From NCBI GenBank assembly GCA_047495785.1, contig JBLDXI010000025.1, forward strand, positions 2,108,001 to 2,172,000: a stretch of 64,000 nt of DNA, given 5' to 3'. Position 1 is the stretch's first letter, and the number at the start of each line of letters is the position of its first letter. The stretch comes from Lepidodermella squamata. Taxonomy: Eukaryota > Animalia > Gastrotricha. A program made the position numbers and the translations under genes. Below the pieces are notes generated by a model, which made no database searches, was not told the DNA's origin, and saw nothing but the letters and a program-made list of their open reading frames with translations. Of this stretch, positions 11,885 through 21,948 are shown piece by piece.

Positions 11885-13923
11885 ATGGAAGTGGACGCGA
11901 GACGTGTGGCATGCAAGGCATTAAACCTTCAAAAAAAGTATAACCTATGTTATCAACCTGTATGTTGTTTCAGATATGCGGGAAATCTGTTGTGAAGCGC
12001 AAAAACTATTATCCAGGGCAATGCTCGGCGTGTCAGGTAACGAGGAAACAAGATGGAGATGGCGCTTTTAACCAATTCATTTCAGAAATTTTTCACACGG
12101 CAGTCTTCGAGGCGCTATGAATTTCAGTGTGTTACTGGCAGCAATAATTGCAAAATCCCTCCAGGAAAAACACGCGGTTGTTGCACTCGCTGCCGTCTTG
12201 AAAAGTGCTTCGCTTTGCGCTTCCGCTCAGGTATACTATCTACTGACTATTGCGTTTGGTACATAATATATCAGTCTGATTAGGATTGAAAAAGACCGAC
12301 GATAACCATTCTGGTTACGAATCAGAGACAAAAGTTGTTGGGATCACTGCGGATAGCTGTACATCAACGATACCAGACAGTCCAGATCTTGTCCATCTCG
12401 GAATAGTTGAGAAAGCAACAAAAAACTCAATTATTGGGCTCACCTTTATGCATGGCTTACATGCAGTAAGCTAAATGAGTATGCTTATATATTACAATTT
12501 ATTCTCTTTTCGTCTCTAATTCAGTTTCCGCTGCGAAGAAGGAATGTTCCTTATGATGATATCACAGCTTTGAAATCGGAATTTTCTAGCGATCAGCTCC
12601 GAGTCTTTAACGATTCAGGCATTATATTTGCACAGTACATGAAAGGTAGTTGCTAAATTTTGTTAGTTTCGCATCAAGAGGGGCAGGGCAGGGGGAGAAT
12701 AAAGGAGCAAACTGCAATACGAATATCAGCTCATCTGGGGTATGTTACTCGCCCGCGATTGCTTGCCAAGAGGCGAGCATCGATTGAAAACTGATGACAT
12801 ACACAACGATACTGCGTCAAATGATCGAGGCGTTTTCGTATTTCGTGGAAAATTATTTCGCCAGCTGATAGTAGCGCCAGCAGATGACAATCGGTGCTTA
12901 TAGTCATTTTCCAAAGTTCAGAATGATGATCCGCTGCGATTGAAGAAAACATTATCTCTTGCAGAAGCCTTTGAAATTTCTGACCGCGAGTGGCCACAAA
13001 ACGCCGCAAATGGTTGGGCTGAAACTTCAATCGCTTTCGAGTCGCAAAAAAGCGATAACAATGCGCTTTCCATCAACAAAGCCATCTATCCCCAATTTCT
13101 AGCTGCTTTCCCTGAGTTAGAGGTAAATCTATTCATCGCCCCTTTCGTTCCGCAGGGAAACATAAAAGAATGCCATTCAAAATAATAAAGATTCGTGACC
13201 AGATTGGAACACCAGAAAAAATATCACCCTAATAACTAATTTATCTGCCGAAAGCATGAAGTCAGTTTCGGTATCTGAATTCACGCTTTCAGTAAATATA
13301 TGTAACTGCATTTTTGTTCATGAATTAGGGTGATTTTGGACATGAATTCAGATAAATGTTGAAAACTCGTGAATTAGGAAGCTCACAGGTCCCTAATTGA
13401 GGGGATTTCACAAGCTTAAAGTCCGATTTTTTCATCACCCAAATTAGGGTAATTTTTCTCTGGTGAAATGATCTATTGACTTCATACGTCCTAAAACAAT
13501 TATTCTGTAAATTCGATAAAACGAGTATTTTTCTGTCTCCTTTGCAGCCTTTGGTTATGTGGTCGCAGGAGCTATCGCACGTGCTAAATGGCTGGCAACC
13601 GACAATGCCCGAATTCGCTCTATTCCTGTGCTACCTGTTTTTTAGGGGTAAGCGCCAAATTAATCATCACTCCTCACTATCCTCACTAATCATCACTATA
13701 CACAGCATCTAAGACTCACGCATTGGTTAGACTATCAAACGTACTGCAGAAATCGCTGTTCATGCATTGCGCTGCCGGCCAGACAGGAAGTCAGTGGCAG
13801 GCCTACGTCGAAAGGGCAATTACTATTATGGACCAAGCCGCAGCGTATAGAAGATTAATTCATAAGAGTGCTGAGGGTCGCTCAAGTTCTTGGTTGCGAA
13901 ACATTAAGCTGCCAATTTACTAA
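11885..13923 (+). CDS. Divergent nuclear receptor-like gene G2 (class A DBD, CSACQ; GC-AG first intron)
   Basis: MEVDARRVACK|ICGKSVVKRKNYYPGQCSACQ|KFFTRQSSRRYEFQCVTGSNNCKIPPGKTRGCCTRCRLEKC. All LBD exons present. AATAAA at 13959. Confidence 0.85.
13210..13465. mobile_element. MITE with CAC termini and 2-bp target duplication (CACTA/EnSpm-like) in G2 intron 6
   Basis: aa|caccagaaaaaatatcaccctaat ... attagggtaatttttctctggtg|aa. The homologous empty site ctggaaatgat is seen in G6. Confidence 0.75.
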
Positions 13924-14504
13924 TTCCAGATAAAGTCTATTTTTGTGACATCCTAGTTAATAAAAAGTGGTTTATTTGAGTTCCAGTTATATCCGCTGTT
14001 ACATTTACTTTGAATTTGTCCAACTAACTAACGGAGTTTTAGGAAGACAGAAGTGCAGAAGTCGATACTGACATGCTACTGGCAGAAGATATGAGAAGCT
14101 CCGCCAGTAAAAGGCCCAAATAATCAACATTGTTTTTTAAGGTGGTTTTACTAGCCGCGCCGCCCTATTATCATCAGAACTGGTATTTTCGACCGTTCTG
14201 GCGTTTTCGACGTGAGGATACTTCAGCTTCCATCTACGATGCTGCCGTAAGTTTCAGAGGCAATGCTTGATGCCCGTAATTCATTTGTCACTTTCACAGC
14301 GTTAAGTTCTTGTCTATGTGTATGTACCTAGCCTATGTCTACCTCGTACCTTGTAACTTGCCTCAAGTTTGCTGTGAAAATTATTAGAAGTTGTTGAGAT
14401 TAATTCGAAAAATTGTAATTTGACGATGAAAATTGATGCAATTGTGGTGATGGTGTAATATTATAGGCAAAATTGTCTCATTTCATTATTAGACCAAGAT
14501 TTGA

Positions 14505-14640
14505 TAAAGCTTGGACTACAACTTGGAGGTTGCCATTGGCAAGACCATGATGTCAAAAGAGCTATTAATTGCTATTAAGGAAGAGGCCGCAGTGTACAGG
14601 CCAACTTATCTGAAAAATGCAGAGGATCGATTTTTTTGGT
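14505..14640 (+). pseudogene. Remnant of the last exon of a nuclear receptor-like gene
   Basis: GGCHWQDH..KRAI, then frameshifted AIKEEAAVYRPTYLKNAEDR, homologous to exon 8 of the paralogs. Confidence 0.7.
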
Positions 14641-14705
14641 TTGATTTTTTTCTGCAATCATGAAATATGAAATGTAGCGGTAAGTGAACACCCTTCTGCC
14701 ATCTA

Positions 14706-14778
14706 GCCGAGGTGGCTTAGTTGGGAGAGCGGTAGACTGAAGATTTAAAGGTCCCTGGTTCGATCCCGGGTCTCAGCG
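14706..14778 (+). tRNA. tRNA-Phe: tRNA-Phe(GAA), probably degenerate
   Basis: Collinear with eukaryotic tRNA-Phe (GCCGAGGTGGCTTAGTTGGGAGAGCG...CTGAAGA...GGTTCGATCCCGGG). Mismatches in the acceptor and anticodon stems. Confidence 0.7.
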
Positions 14779-14830
14779 TGCCGTTGGCCTAATCTAATTG
14801 TCATGCTAGAAGCCCACTGGGGTTTTCTAT

Positions 14831-14887
14831 CGCAGGTTAGTCTAGGAGTTTGATTGTCGCTTCGGGTGCGAGAGGTCAAACGGGCCC
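14831..14887 (+). pseudogene. tRNA-Pro(CGG) pseudogene with T-arm deleted
   Basis: gtctaggagtttgattgtcgcttcgggtgcgagaggtc matches the tRNA-Pro core. T-arm missing. Confidence 0.65.
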
Positions 14888-14951
14888 ACTCTTTTTTTCT
14901 TGAAAATGTATTGAAAAAGTATCACATGATCTAGGCATTTAATTTTATATC

Positions 14952-15025
14952 TCCCTGATGGTCTAGTGGTTAGGATTCCGCGCTCTCACCGCGGCGGCCC
15001 GGGTTTTCGATTCCCGGTCAGGGAA
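14952..15025 (+). tRNA. tRNA-Glu: tRNA-Glu(CTC) with two extra T in the T-loop
   Basis: TCCCTGATGGTCTAGTGGTTAGGATTCCGCGCTCTCACCGCGGCGGCCCGGGTTTTCGATTCCCGGTCAGGGAA followed by a T-run. Stems pair. Confidence 0.8.
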
Positions 15026-15229
15026 AGTTTTGCTTTGAAGTCAGAGAGAGTTTTTTGCAAAAATCACTGCTTGCAAAAAATCGAGCAAGGCTCAGGGGGA
15101 CCGAACATGCAATCTCCTGCTAACTGGGCAGACACTCAATTACTAAGCTACTTTCCCTTTTGACTTAGATAGCCATTCAGTCCCAAATTTAAGCTGCCGA
15201 AGCAAAAGATTCGTGGCAAAAAATCTTTT

Positions 15230-15301
15230 GTAGGATAAGGTTGCCGATCCCGTTGCCTCTCGCTTGTGAAGCTAGCGCTCTACCATTTGAGCTAATACCC
15301 C
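15230..15301 (-). pseudogene. tRNA-Ala-derived pseudogene carrying a CAC anticodon
   Basis: Minus strand GGGGTATTAGCTCAAATGGTAGAGCGCTAGCTTCACAAGCGAGAGG is a tRNA-Ala body. The 3' half is degraded. Confidence 0.65.
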
Positions 15302-15377
15302 TTGTATTTGAGTCTATATTTAACGAAAGTATTCTCAACAATAACGTAAAATTAGCAGTAAGTTTTTGAAAAGCTTG

Positions 15378-15457
15378 CGCCCTTCGGTAGACTCGAACCC
15401 CAGAAACTGCGATCAACTGCTCACGCGAGACCAGGGTTCGATTCCCTGCCAAGGAAC
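15378..15457. pseudogene. Fused tRNA 3'-half fragments on both strands
   Basis: ctcgaacccc (minus-strand B-box) and tcacgcgagaccagggttcgattccctgccaaggaa (plus-strand Asp/Glu-like T-arm). Confidence 0.45.
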
Positions 15458-15514
15458 TAGCTTTTTCCTCGATTTTAAAGCTGAACTATGCGTATTGGCC
15501 AAAAAATGTACTAC

Positions 15515-15587
15515 CGCCCGATGTGGGGCTCGAACCCACGACCCTGGGATTAAGAGTCCCATGCTCTACCGACTGAGCTAACCGGGC
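15515..15587 (-). tRNA. tRNA-Lys: tRNA-Lys(CTT), intact
   Basis: GCCCGGTTAGCTCAGTCGGTAGAGCATGGGACTCTTAATCCCAGGGTCGTGGGTTCGAGCCCCACATCGGGCG. Full cloverleaf, T6 terminator at 15501-15506. Confidence 0.95.
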
Positions 15588-16008
15588 TGAGACTGAGACT
15601 GTACTGCTACATTTTATATTTCCTTACTGGTATTACTTCTGGATTCTGGAAAAGCAATCGCAGAAGAAATTAAATGTGCGCATCGCGTGCTCTTTGAACC
15701 AACCAATCACAGACTTGGAACCACCCGACCAATCAAATAAATGTGGATTCACTGGTTCCACTAAGGAATTTAGATTTTGAAGTCGCCAAGGGTTAGGTGT
15801 GGAGGAGCCCTCAGCAATCGGTCGCCGCTTGTCATCCGGCTGCTTCTTCTGGCAAGCGTCGCGGAAGACGCTCTTTCATTCTCGGCCTTCCAATAAAGTA
15901 TGGCACAGAAGATGACAGATGACAGCAATTGATGAAATAATAACACAGCTCTTGCAATATGGGCCATTTTTCCGCAATAATGTTTACGGTCCGGTTTTGG
16001 GCAGCTCT

Positions 16009-16160
16009 CACTGCTTCATTGCGTTTTTGAAATATAATATTCTCGCTTGAAAGGCTCTGCGCTCTGAGCGTGCATTTACGATCAATATTTCTCATGGTTC
16101 ATCAATTTTTTGCGAGTATCTATGTTAGCTGCGAAATAATAAGAGAACAGACTCGAACTC
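16009..16160 (+). promoter_or_regulatory. Conserved upstream module (before G3); second block displaced to about 17054-17140 by insertions
   Basis: cactgcttcattgcg, gaaaggctct, acgatcaata. Later aagcacgtgccactatcaatta and ttctcaatgaa. Confidence 0.55.
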
Positions 16161-16299
16161 CTGATGAAAGTTTGCAAGGTCACTGACTACAATTTGTTAC
16201 TTCGAATGTTCAACATGAAATCTATCGTAAAGAGACGATGTCAACGCGATTTGATGCTCATGTTTAAATTATATGATATTGCTGATATTGATTTCTTTC

Positions 16300-16482
16300 A
16301 TATCGTTAGCGACGTTGAATAACTCGGATTTAGGCTTTTTTACATCCTTTGCAAGGTCACGGGTGACAAGTAAAAACCGGCTTTTTAACGCGAATGAAGA
16401 GGCAGGAATTTAGTCTTGCCCGCTATCATCTTGAAGTGGCAAACAAGCCCAAATCCGAGTTATTCAACGTTACTAACGATAT
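16300..16482. mobile_element. MITE with TIRs
   Basis: atatcgttagcgacgttgaataactcggatttaggctt / aagcccaaatccgagttattcaacgttactaacgatat. Confidence 0.7.
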
Positions 16483-16877
16483 CAGATCTAGCAACTTAAT
16501 TTGCAGATGCGCAAAGGTTCTCTCTTCCCATGTGCCACAGAGACTGCTTTAAGATCTCTAATAAAGCCATTCATTCCCTTATTCGATCATTTACGCTAAT
16601 GAATTTTTTCAAATGCCCTCAAGGCCCCTCTTCAACATTTTGCGTAAATAAATTCCAGTTATGATTTTCTTTCTTTTGCGATGAGCGATGACATTGCTAA
16701 CTCATAAAATTGCTCATGAAACATAATACTACTTATTTGATAATTCCTAATACATACTCAATACTTACTCGTGAATGCCCAATTTTTGTTAAATTTTTTG
16801 TATTTCAAATATCATGGCAATAAAATTAGCGACTAAACAGCAACAATATCTGTTGAATTTCGCTCACATTATAAACA

Positions 16878-17004
16878 CGCGGCCCGCTGTGTTCTTACAA
16901 TACAGTGGTAGCGGCGTGCCGGCGAGGGCCCAAGTCATGCGGCCCGCAGCGATGGAAAATTAGTTATAAAATGGTCCACTACGGAAAAAGGTTGAGAAGC
17001 ACTG
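16878..17004. mobile_element. hAT (Charlie-like) element terminus remnant
   Basis: Two gcggcccgc motifs and the end aaaaaggttgagaagcactg, typical of Charlie-type termini. Confidence 0.45.
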
Positions 17005-17252
17005 ATAAATTATTAATAAAATAGAATATTTTCAACATTTGCGTCTAAGCTAAAGCACGTGCCACTATCAATTATTTTTGCATTTTCTCAATGAAAGCGA
17101 GTATGACCGTGCTTCTGAACTAGGCCCTAATTCAATTAAAACTTGAAGTATGGATAGCTGCCTAATGCTTACTAATGTTTCTATCGCCGTTTATACACGA
17201 CGAAGGCGTTCGTTAATGCCATCAGTTTCTATCCTCTATCTTGAGACTCTTT

Positions 17253-17443
17253 TGTTGTTTAAGAAACGTAACGCGTTAATTCGAACTCCAAAGTTTCGGT
17301 TATGCTCGATAACCATCTTCAGGGATTAGTTAAATTAGTTAGTTAAATTTCGATTTAATTTCTTAACTAATCCCTGAAGATGGTTATCGAGCATAACCGA
17401 AACTTTGGAGTTCGAATTAACGCGTTACGTTTCTTAAACAACA
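17253..17443. repeat. Perfect inverted repeat, 81-bp arms with a 29-bp loop
   Basis: 17253-17333 is the exact reverse complement of 17363-17443. Confidence 0.92.
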
Positions 17444-18084
17444 TTTACTCAAAGAAACTTGTAATTGAGACTCTTTTTAGACAAATTTTACGTCGTAGGT
17501 ATTAAACCCTGTACCATAAGCCATAATTTTCGAAAATTGAATCGCCGGGAAATAGTTGACGAATTTCTGACAAGTGAGGTGGAAACAAGTCTGTCCCTCG
17601 ACAATGGGTTGGAAATAATCCGGATAAATATAGTCCATCATGGGGGAATATAGCGTTTCCCAGGTTATATTCGTTAAATTCTCATTTTCTTCGGTATTTC
17701 TCGCGGATGAGCGATCGAATATTCTACTAGGAAATTTTGCCTCCATCAATTTGCGAAATTAAAAATTGGTAGCGTAAATCATAGGATACGTATTTTCTGG
17801 GTCACTCCTGTTACAAAAATAAATTCTTATTTAAGAATTGGATAAATTCTTAATCCGTGGCCCGTGGCCATCTAAATTTGGTGAAGCAATGCTAAAAAAG
17901 TACCAACGTTCGGTTGGGTTGTCAAATATTCTTTTGATGATCAAATTCCTGACTACCAAATAGCATTAAATTCAATCAGATAATTTAATCATTCAAAAAT
18001 ATCAACGTATTGAAATATTTGACTGATTGACTACAGCCCTGAACACCCTTTAAGAGCTAGCCTCAGAGAACGACGTAGAATGAG

Positions 18085-18302
18085 GATTTTTTGATCCTCA
18101 CGAAACTACTAAGAGCCCGGAATTAAAATGATATTTTCAGTGGAAATCTCGATCGATAAACTGGCAGTTTTTATATAAGAATGCGTCATCAGTTAGTTGT
18201 TAGCATATTATATAAAAACTGCCCTGTTTATCGATCGAGATTTCCACTGAAAATATCATTTTAATTCCGGGCTCTTAGTTTCTCCGTGAGTATCAAAAAA
18301 TC
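18085..18302. repeat. Near-perfect inverted repeat (~100-bp arms) upstream of G3
   Basis: actaagagcccggaattaaaatgatattttcagtggaaatctcgatcgataaac pairs with its reverse complement at about 18226-18279. Confidence 0.9.
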
Positions 18303-18532
18303 AACGCTTGTAAAAGAAGCAACCAAATAGAAGTCAACGAGCATCTCAAGGCTAATTTCGGGGCGTTCGCGTAATAAAATACTCCGAGTGAGCTAAAAAT
18401 AATACAAGCTACAAAAAAGCTATTGTGCATGCAAACAGTAGCAAAGATATTTTTAGAAGAGAATCATTACGCGAACATGCTCTTTCGATCTTTGCCTTCT
18501 TCTAAAAGGAATTTTTCGCATTTTTGATCGCT

Positions 18533-20260
18533 ATGGAAGCAAACGAGAGGCGCTCTGCTTGTAAGGTATGCTATTTTAAAACATCTGAATCGCCATCTTC
18601 TACGCTCTCCTTCACAGGTATGCGGCAAGTCTGTTCGGAAACGAAGAACCTATTTTCCCGGTCAGTGCTCAGCGTGTCAGGTACAGAAGATGTCAAGTAA
18701 AAATTAATCTTCCAGCTTTTCTTGTCCAGAAATTCTTCGCTCGACAAGCTTCAAGGCGCTATGAATTTCATTGTTTTACTGGCGGGAATAATTGCGAAAT
18801 CCTTCCAGGAAAAACACGCGGTTGCTGCACTCGCTGCCGTCTTGAAAAGTGCTTCGCTTTGCGCAGAAACTCAGGTTAAACATCTATGGGAGATATAAGT
18901 TTGTTAAATTCTATCTATTATTTTAGCACTGAAGAAAAGTAGGAATACGAATGCTCGTAACGAATCAGATACAACAGATATTGAGACCACTGATGATTGG
19001 ACATCGGCGATCCCGAGCAGTCCAGATCTCGTCGAACTCACAATGGTGGAGGAAGCCACAAAAACCTCAATTCTTGGGCTCACGTTTCTGCACAACTTTC
19101 ACGCGGTACGCTATATGCGATTCCTTATACTAACTAAATAGTCCTTTTCCGCCCCAAATTTAGTACCCGCTGGCAATGCGGAACGTTCCGTTTGATGACG
19201 TTGCAAAGTTAGCATTCGAATTTTCTACAGAGCATACTAGAATCTATAACGAAGTGGGCATAATATTTTCGAGGTTCTTGAAAGGTAAACCATTTTTTAT
19301 TTTGTTTTTGGGTTTAATATTCCATTTTACAGAGGCGTTCCACCTATCTGAGCGGGATTTGGCCCAAGCTGGCGCGACAGGGTGGCAATTAACCGCGCTA
19401 GCTTTCTCATCCCAATCCAGCAACGAGAAGCCATTGTCAATCAATGCTGCCCTCCTACCACAATTTCTCGCCATTTTCCCCGAGTTTGAGGTAATGCTCC
19501 AGTAATTTCACATACGTTTGACAGATAACGGAATAATTACGCTTAACAATTATTGCTTGAAAGTATTGCTTTTAGCTTTTTTTTTACTCAGGCATAAATA
19601 ACTGCTTTGAGAATATCACAATTTTGACAGTGTACAGGGTACCGTACCTCGAGAGGTCCAATAAGTCACCTCCCCCTTCCCCACTTCGAATATTTTACTT
19701 TATCCACTGGTGTTGATTTGTCCAAAATTGTTCACATGTTTCACCTCGCATTCCTCTGAAAAACGCGTGTTCTGCTAGCTTTTTCCACTATGTCATTTGG
19801 CGTCTTTAAAAAGTATCGCGAAAATCAGCCATTATTCGAGCCCCGGCGTCCTAGAATGCGTCATTTAAATGTACCTATTTCTGCTTTGTAGCCAGTCGTG
19901 TTGTGGGCACAGGAGCTTTCGCACGTTCTAAGCGGCTGGGAACCGACAATGCCTGAATTCGCTCTATTCCTCTGCTATCTGTTTTTTAGTGGTATGAGTA
20001 TTACTCCTCACACGAAGTTTTACTGATTTTCTTACGCAGCATCTAAAAATCTGTCATTGGTTCGGCTATCGAATGTACTGCAGAAATCGCTGGTCATGCA
20101 GTATGCTGCTTTGAGAAGAGGATGTGAGTCGCGCGACACGGGCTACATCGCAAGGGCCATTGCAATCATGAAGAAGTCTGCAGCTTACAGGCAACGATTC
20201 TATAAGAACGCAGAGGATCGCTCGGATTTCTGGATGCGAACCGCCGAGATATCATTCTAA
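18533..20260 (+). CDS. Divergent nuclear receptor-like gene G3 (class A DBD)
   Basis: MEANERRSACK|VCGKSVRKRRTYFPGQCSACQ|KFFARQASRRYEFHCFTGGNNCEILPGKTRGCCTRCRLEKC. Eight exons in frame with GT-AG introns. Confidence 0.88.
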
Positions 20261-20944
20261 TTTCCGATAGATACGTTTTCAAGTAGTTGCAGATCTTTTG
20301 TAAAATATTAGTAAATAAAAGCTGTTGGTTGATTTTCAACCTCCCGCTATCAACAGCCCTTTGCCCAGCTCTCAGTTTTATCAATACATCATTGCATGCT
20401 TACAGATTTGATATTGGCATTCCTCAGTGAATCCCGGACTAAAATGACCGAGTCAAATAATTGCTTATTTCTGTAATGGACGAATTTGATGTAAATTATG
20501 AAATGTAAGCCATACTTCAGCGATGTATGTTTACGGCTAAAAATGGTGGATGTTATCCGAAGGAAGCTGGTTTTCGTGATGTAATAGCAATGAATTCAGA
20601 AAACATCAACTCACAGAGAGCGAAGTAGACAGTATATCATTATCTTACAAATATAGCTTTAGGGCGAGTCAGTAGTTCTGGATTGGCTGAGACCTGATGT
20701 CATTTTTTTCTCCTGCGATCTTGGCATTGTGAAATCCCTGATAAGGCCCCTTTAAAGTTGTTTGAGGAATTTATCGAAGAAGATCCATGATTTAAGCCTT
20801 GGCTCTAACTAGGTAAACAATTAGCCATCAGCTATTGCTCTTGCAGCTCGTTTTGTCGTTGAGTCTCATGCACGCTCTAGTTCCCCTGAAATTTGTCTAA
20901 TATTTTTTGAAAAATCGATTCGATAATATCCTCGGACAACAAGA

Positions 20945-21215
20945 TGCAGATGGCAGGTTCAATATGAGCCATCTGTAATGTTGTAGCATATATGATAGAA
21001 AGGCTCTGAATGTGAAAGTATGATCAATAAATCCGCTTCATTTATTTCCTGCATGCAGTACATATTACAGCTCGACTTCAAGATAACTCAACATCATAAC
21101 TCTATGCTCAGAGAGGGAGATTGCCTTACGATAATTTAACGACTTTCAGTATTTAATTGTGTGCAATGCAAGTGCCACTGCCATTCAATCTTCTCTCATC
21201 AATGAACACGAGCCC
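20945..21215 (+). promoter_or_regulatory. Conserved upstream module (before G4)
   Basis: gaaaggctctg, atgatcaataaatccgc, caagtgccact, atcaatgaacacgagc. Confidence 0.5.
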
Positions 21216-21300
21216 AACTCGACCAAGTAATTAAATTTGCTTGAAACACAGCAACATATCTGATCATTATATAAATATATATATAATATATATATATATA

Positions 21301-21831
21301 GGTTCTGCCGAGTAAAAGCGAGGCTCATTTTCCTTGCTTTGCTAATATAAGGCAATTTTCTTAATAAATGATGGGTACTCTCTCCTGAGAATTCAGCTAA
21401 TCTGCTTCACTCCTTATTTTTTTCAAACGAGGTTCAAGTCCTGCCTTCTATTTAGGGTCTGCCCTTTATTTCGGTTCTGCCCTCTAATTTTTCGAACCTA
21501 ATCGCATACACCTGAAGAGTACCTAGGTAAATAGTTAAAACCGCCGAATAATCGCTATAGCTACTACTTTCCACCAGTGACTACACGCGTGAAGTGTTTG
21601 CTCAGGTGTATTAAGGTGGATAAAGGAGATTAGTGCACTTACTGACGAAAACTCGCAACCTATACAACTTAAGCACTTACCCGGCAGGCGCTCATGTAAG
21701 CTACTTCACACAAGGCCCTGCCTATTAATACGGTTCTGCCCTTTATTATTTCAAATGACCATTACCCTCTGCCCTTTATTCCGGTTCTGCCCTATAATTG
21801 GGTCCTGCCTAGTAATTCGTAAAATACGGTA
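21301..21831. mobile_element. DNA transposon relic (Tc1/pogo-like end) with internal short repeats
   Basis: Terminal aaaatacggta and repeated ggttctgccct(t/a)ta units, next to a (TA)n run. Confidence 0.45.
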
Positions 21832-21948
21832 TGTATTCCTGATTTTAAAGAAAAGAAGAGAAGAAATGGCAACAAAATGCGTTTCAATTTTCTGATACTT
21901 TTATTCGTTAATGACTGCCATCAACTGCTAGAGATTTTGGTGAAATTG

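Noticed and set aside
14966-15581. Short ORFs in the tRNA region
   Set aside because: They are translations of tRNA sequences.
15832-16095. Minus-strand ORF over the conserved module as a second interleaved protein family
   Set aside because: Other copies have indels that are not multiples of three and stops in this frame. Conservation is motif-like, not codon-like.
17253-18302. CRISPR-like or prokaryotic features
   Set aside because: The sequence is intron-containing eukaryotic DNA. The repeats are inverted and have no repeat-spacer periodicity.
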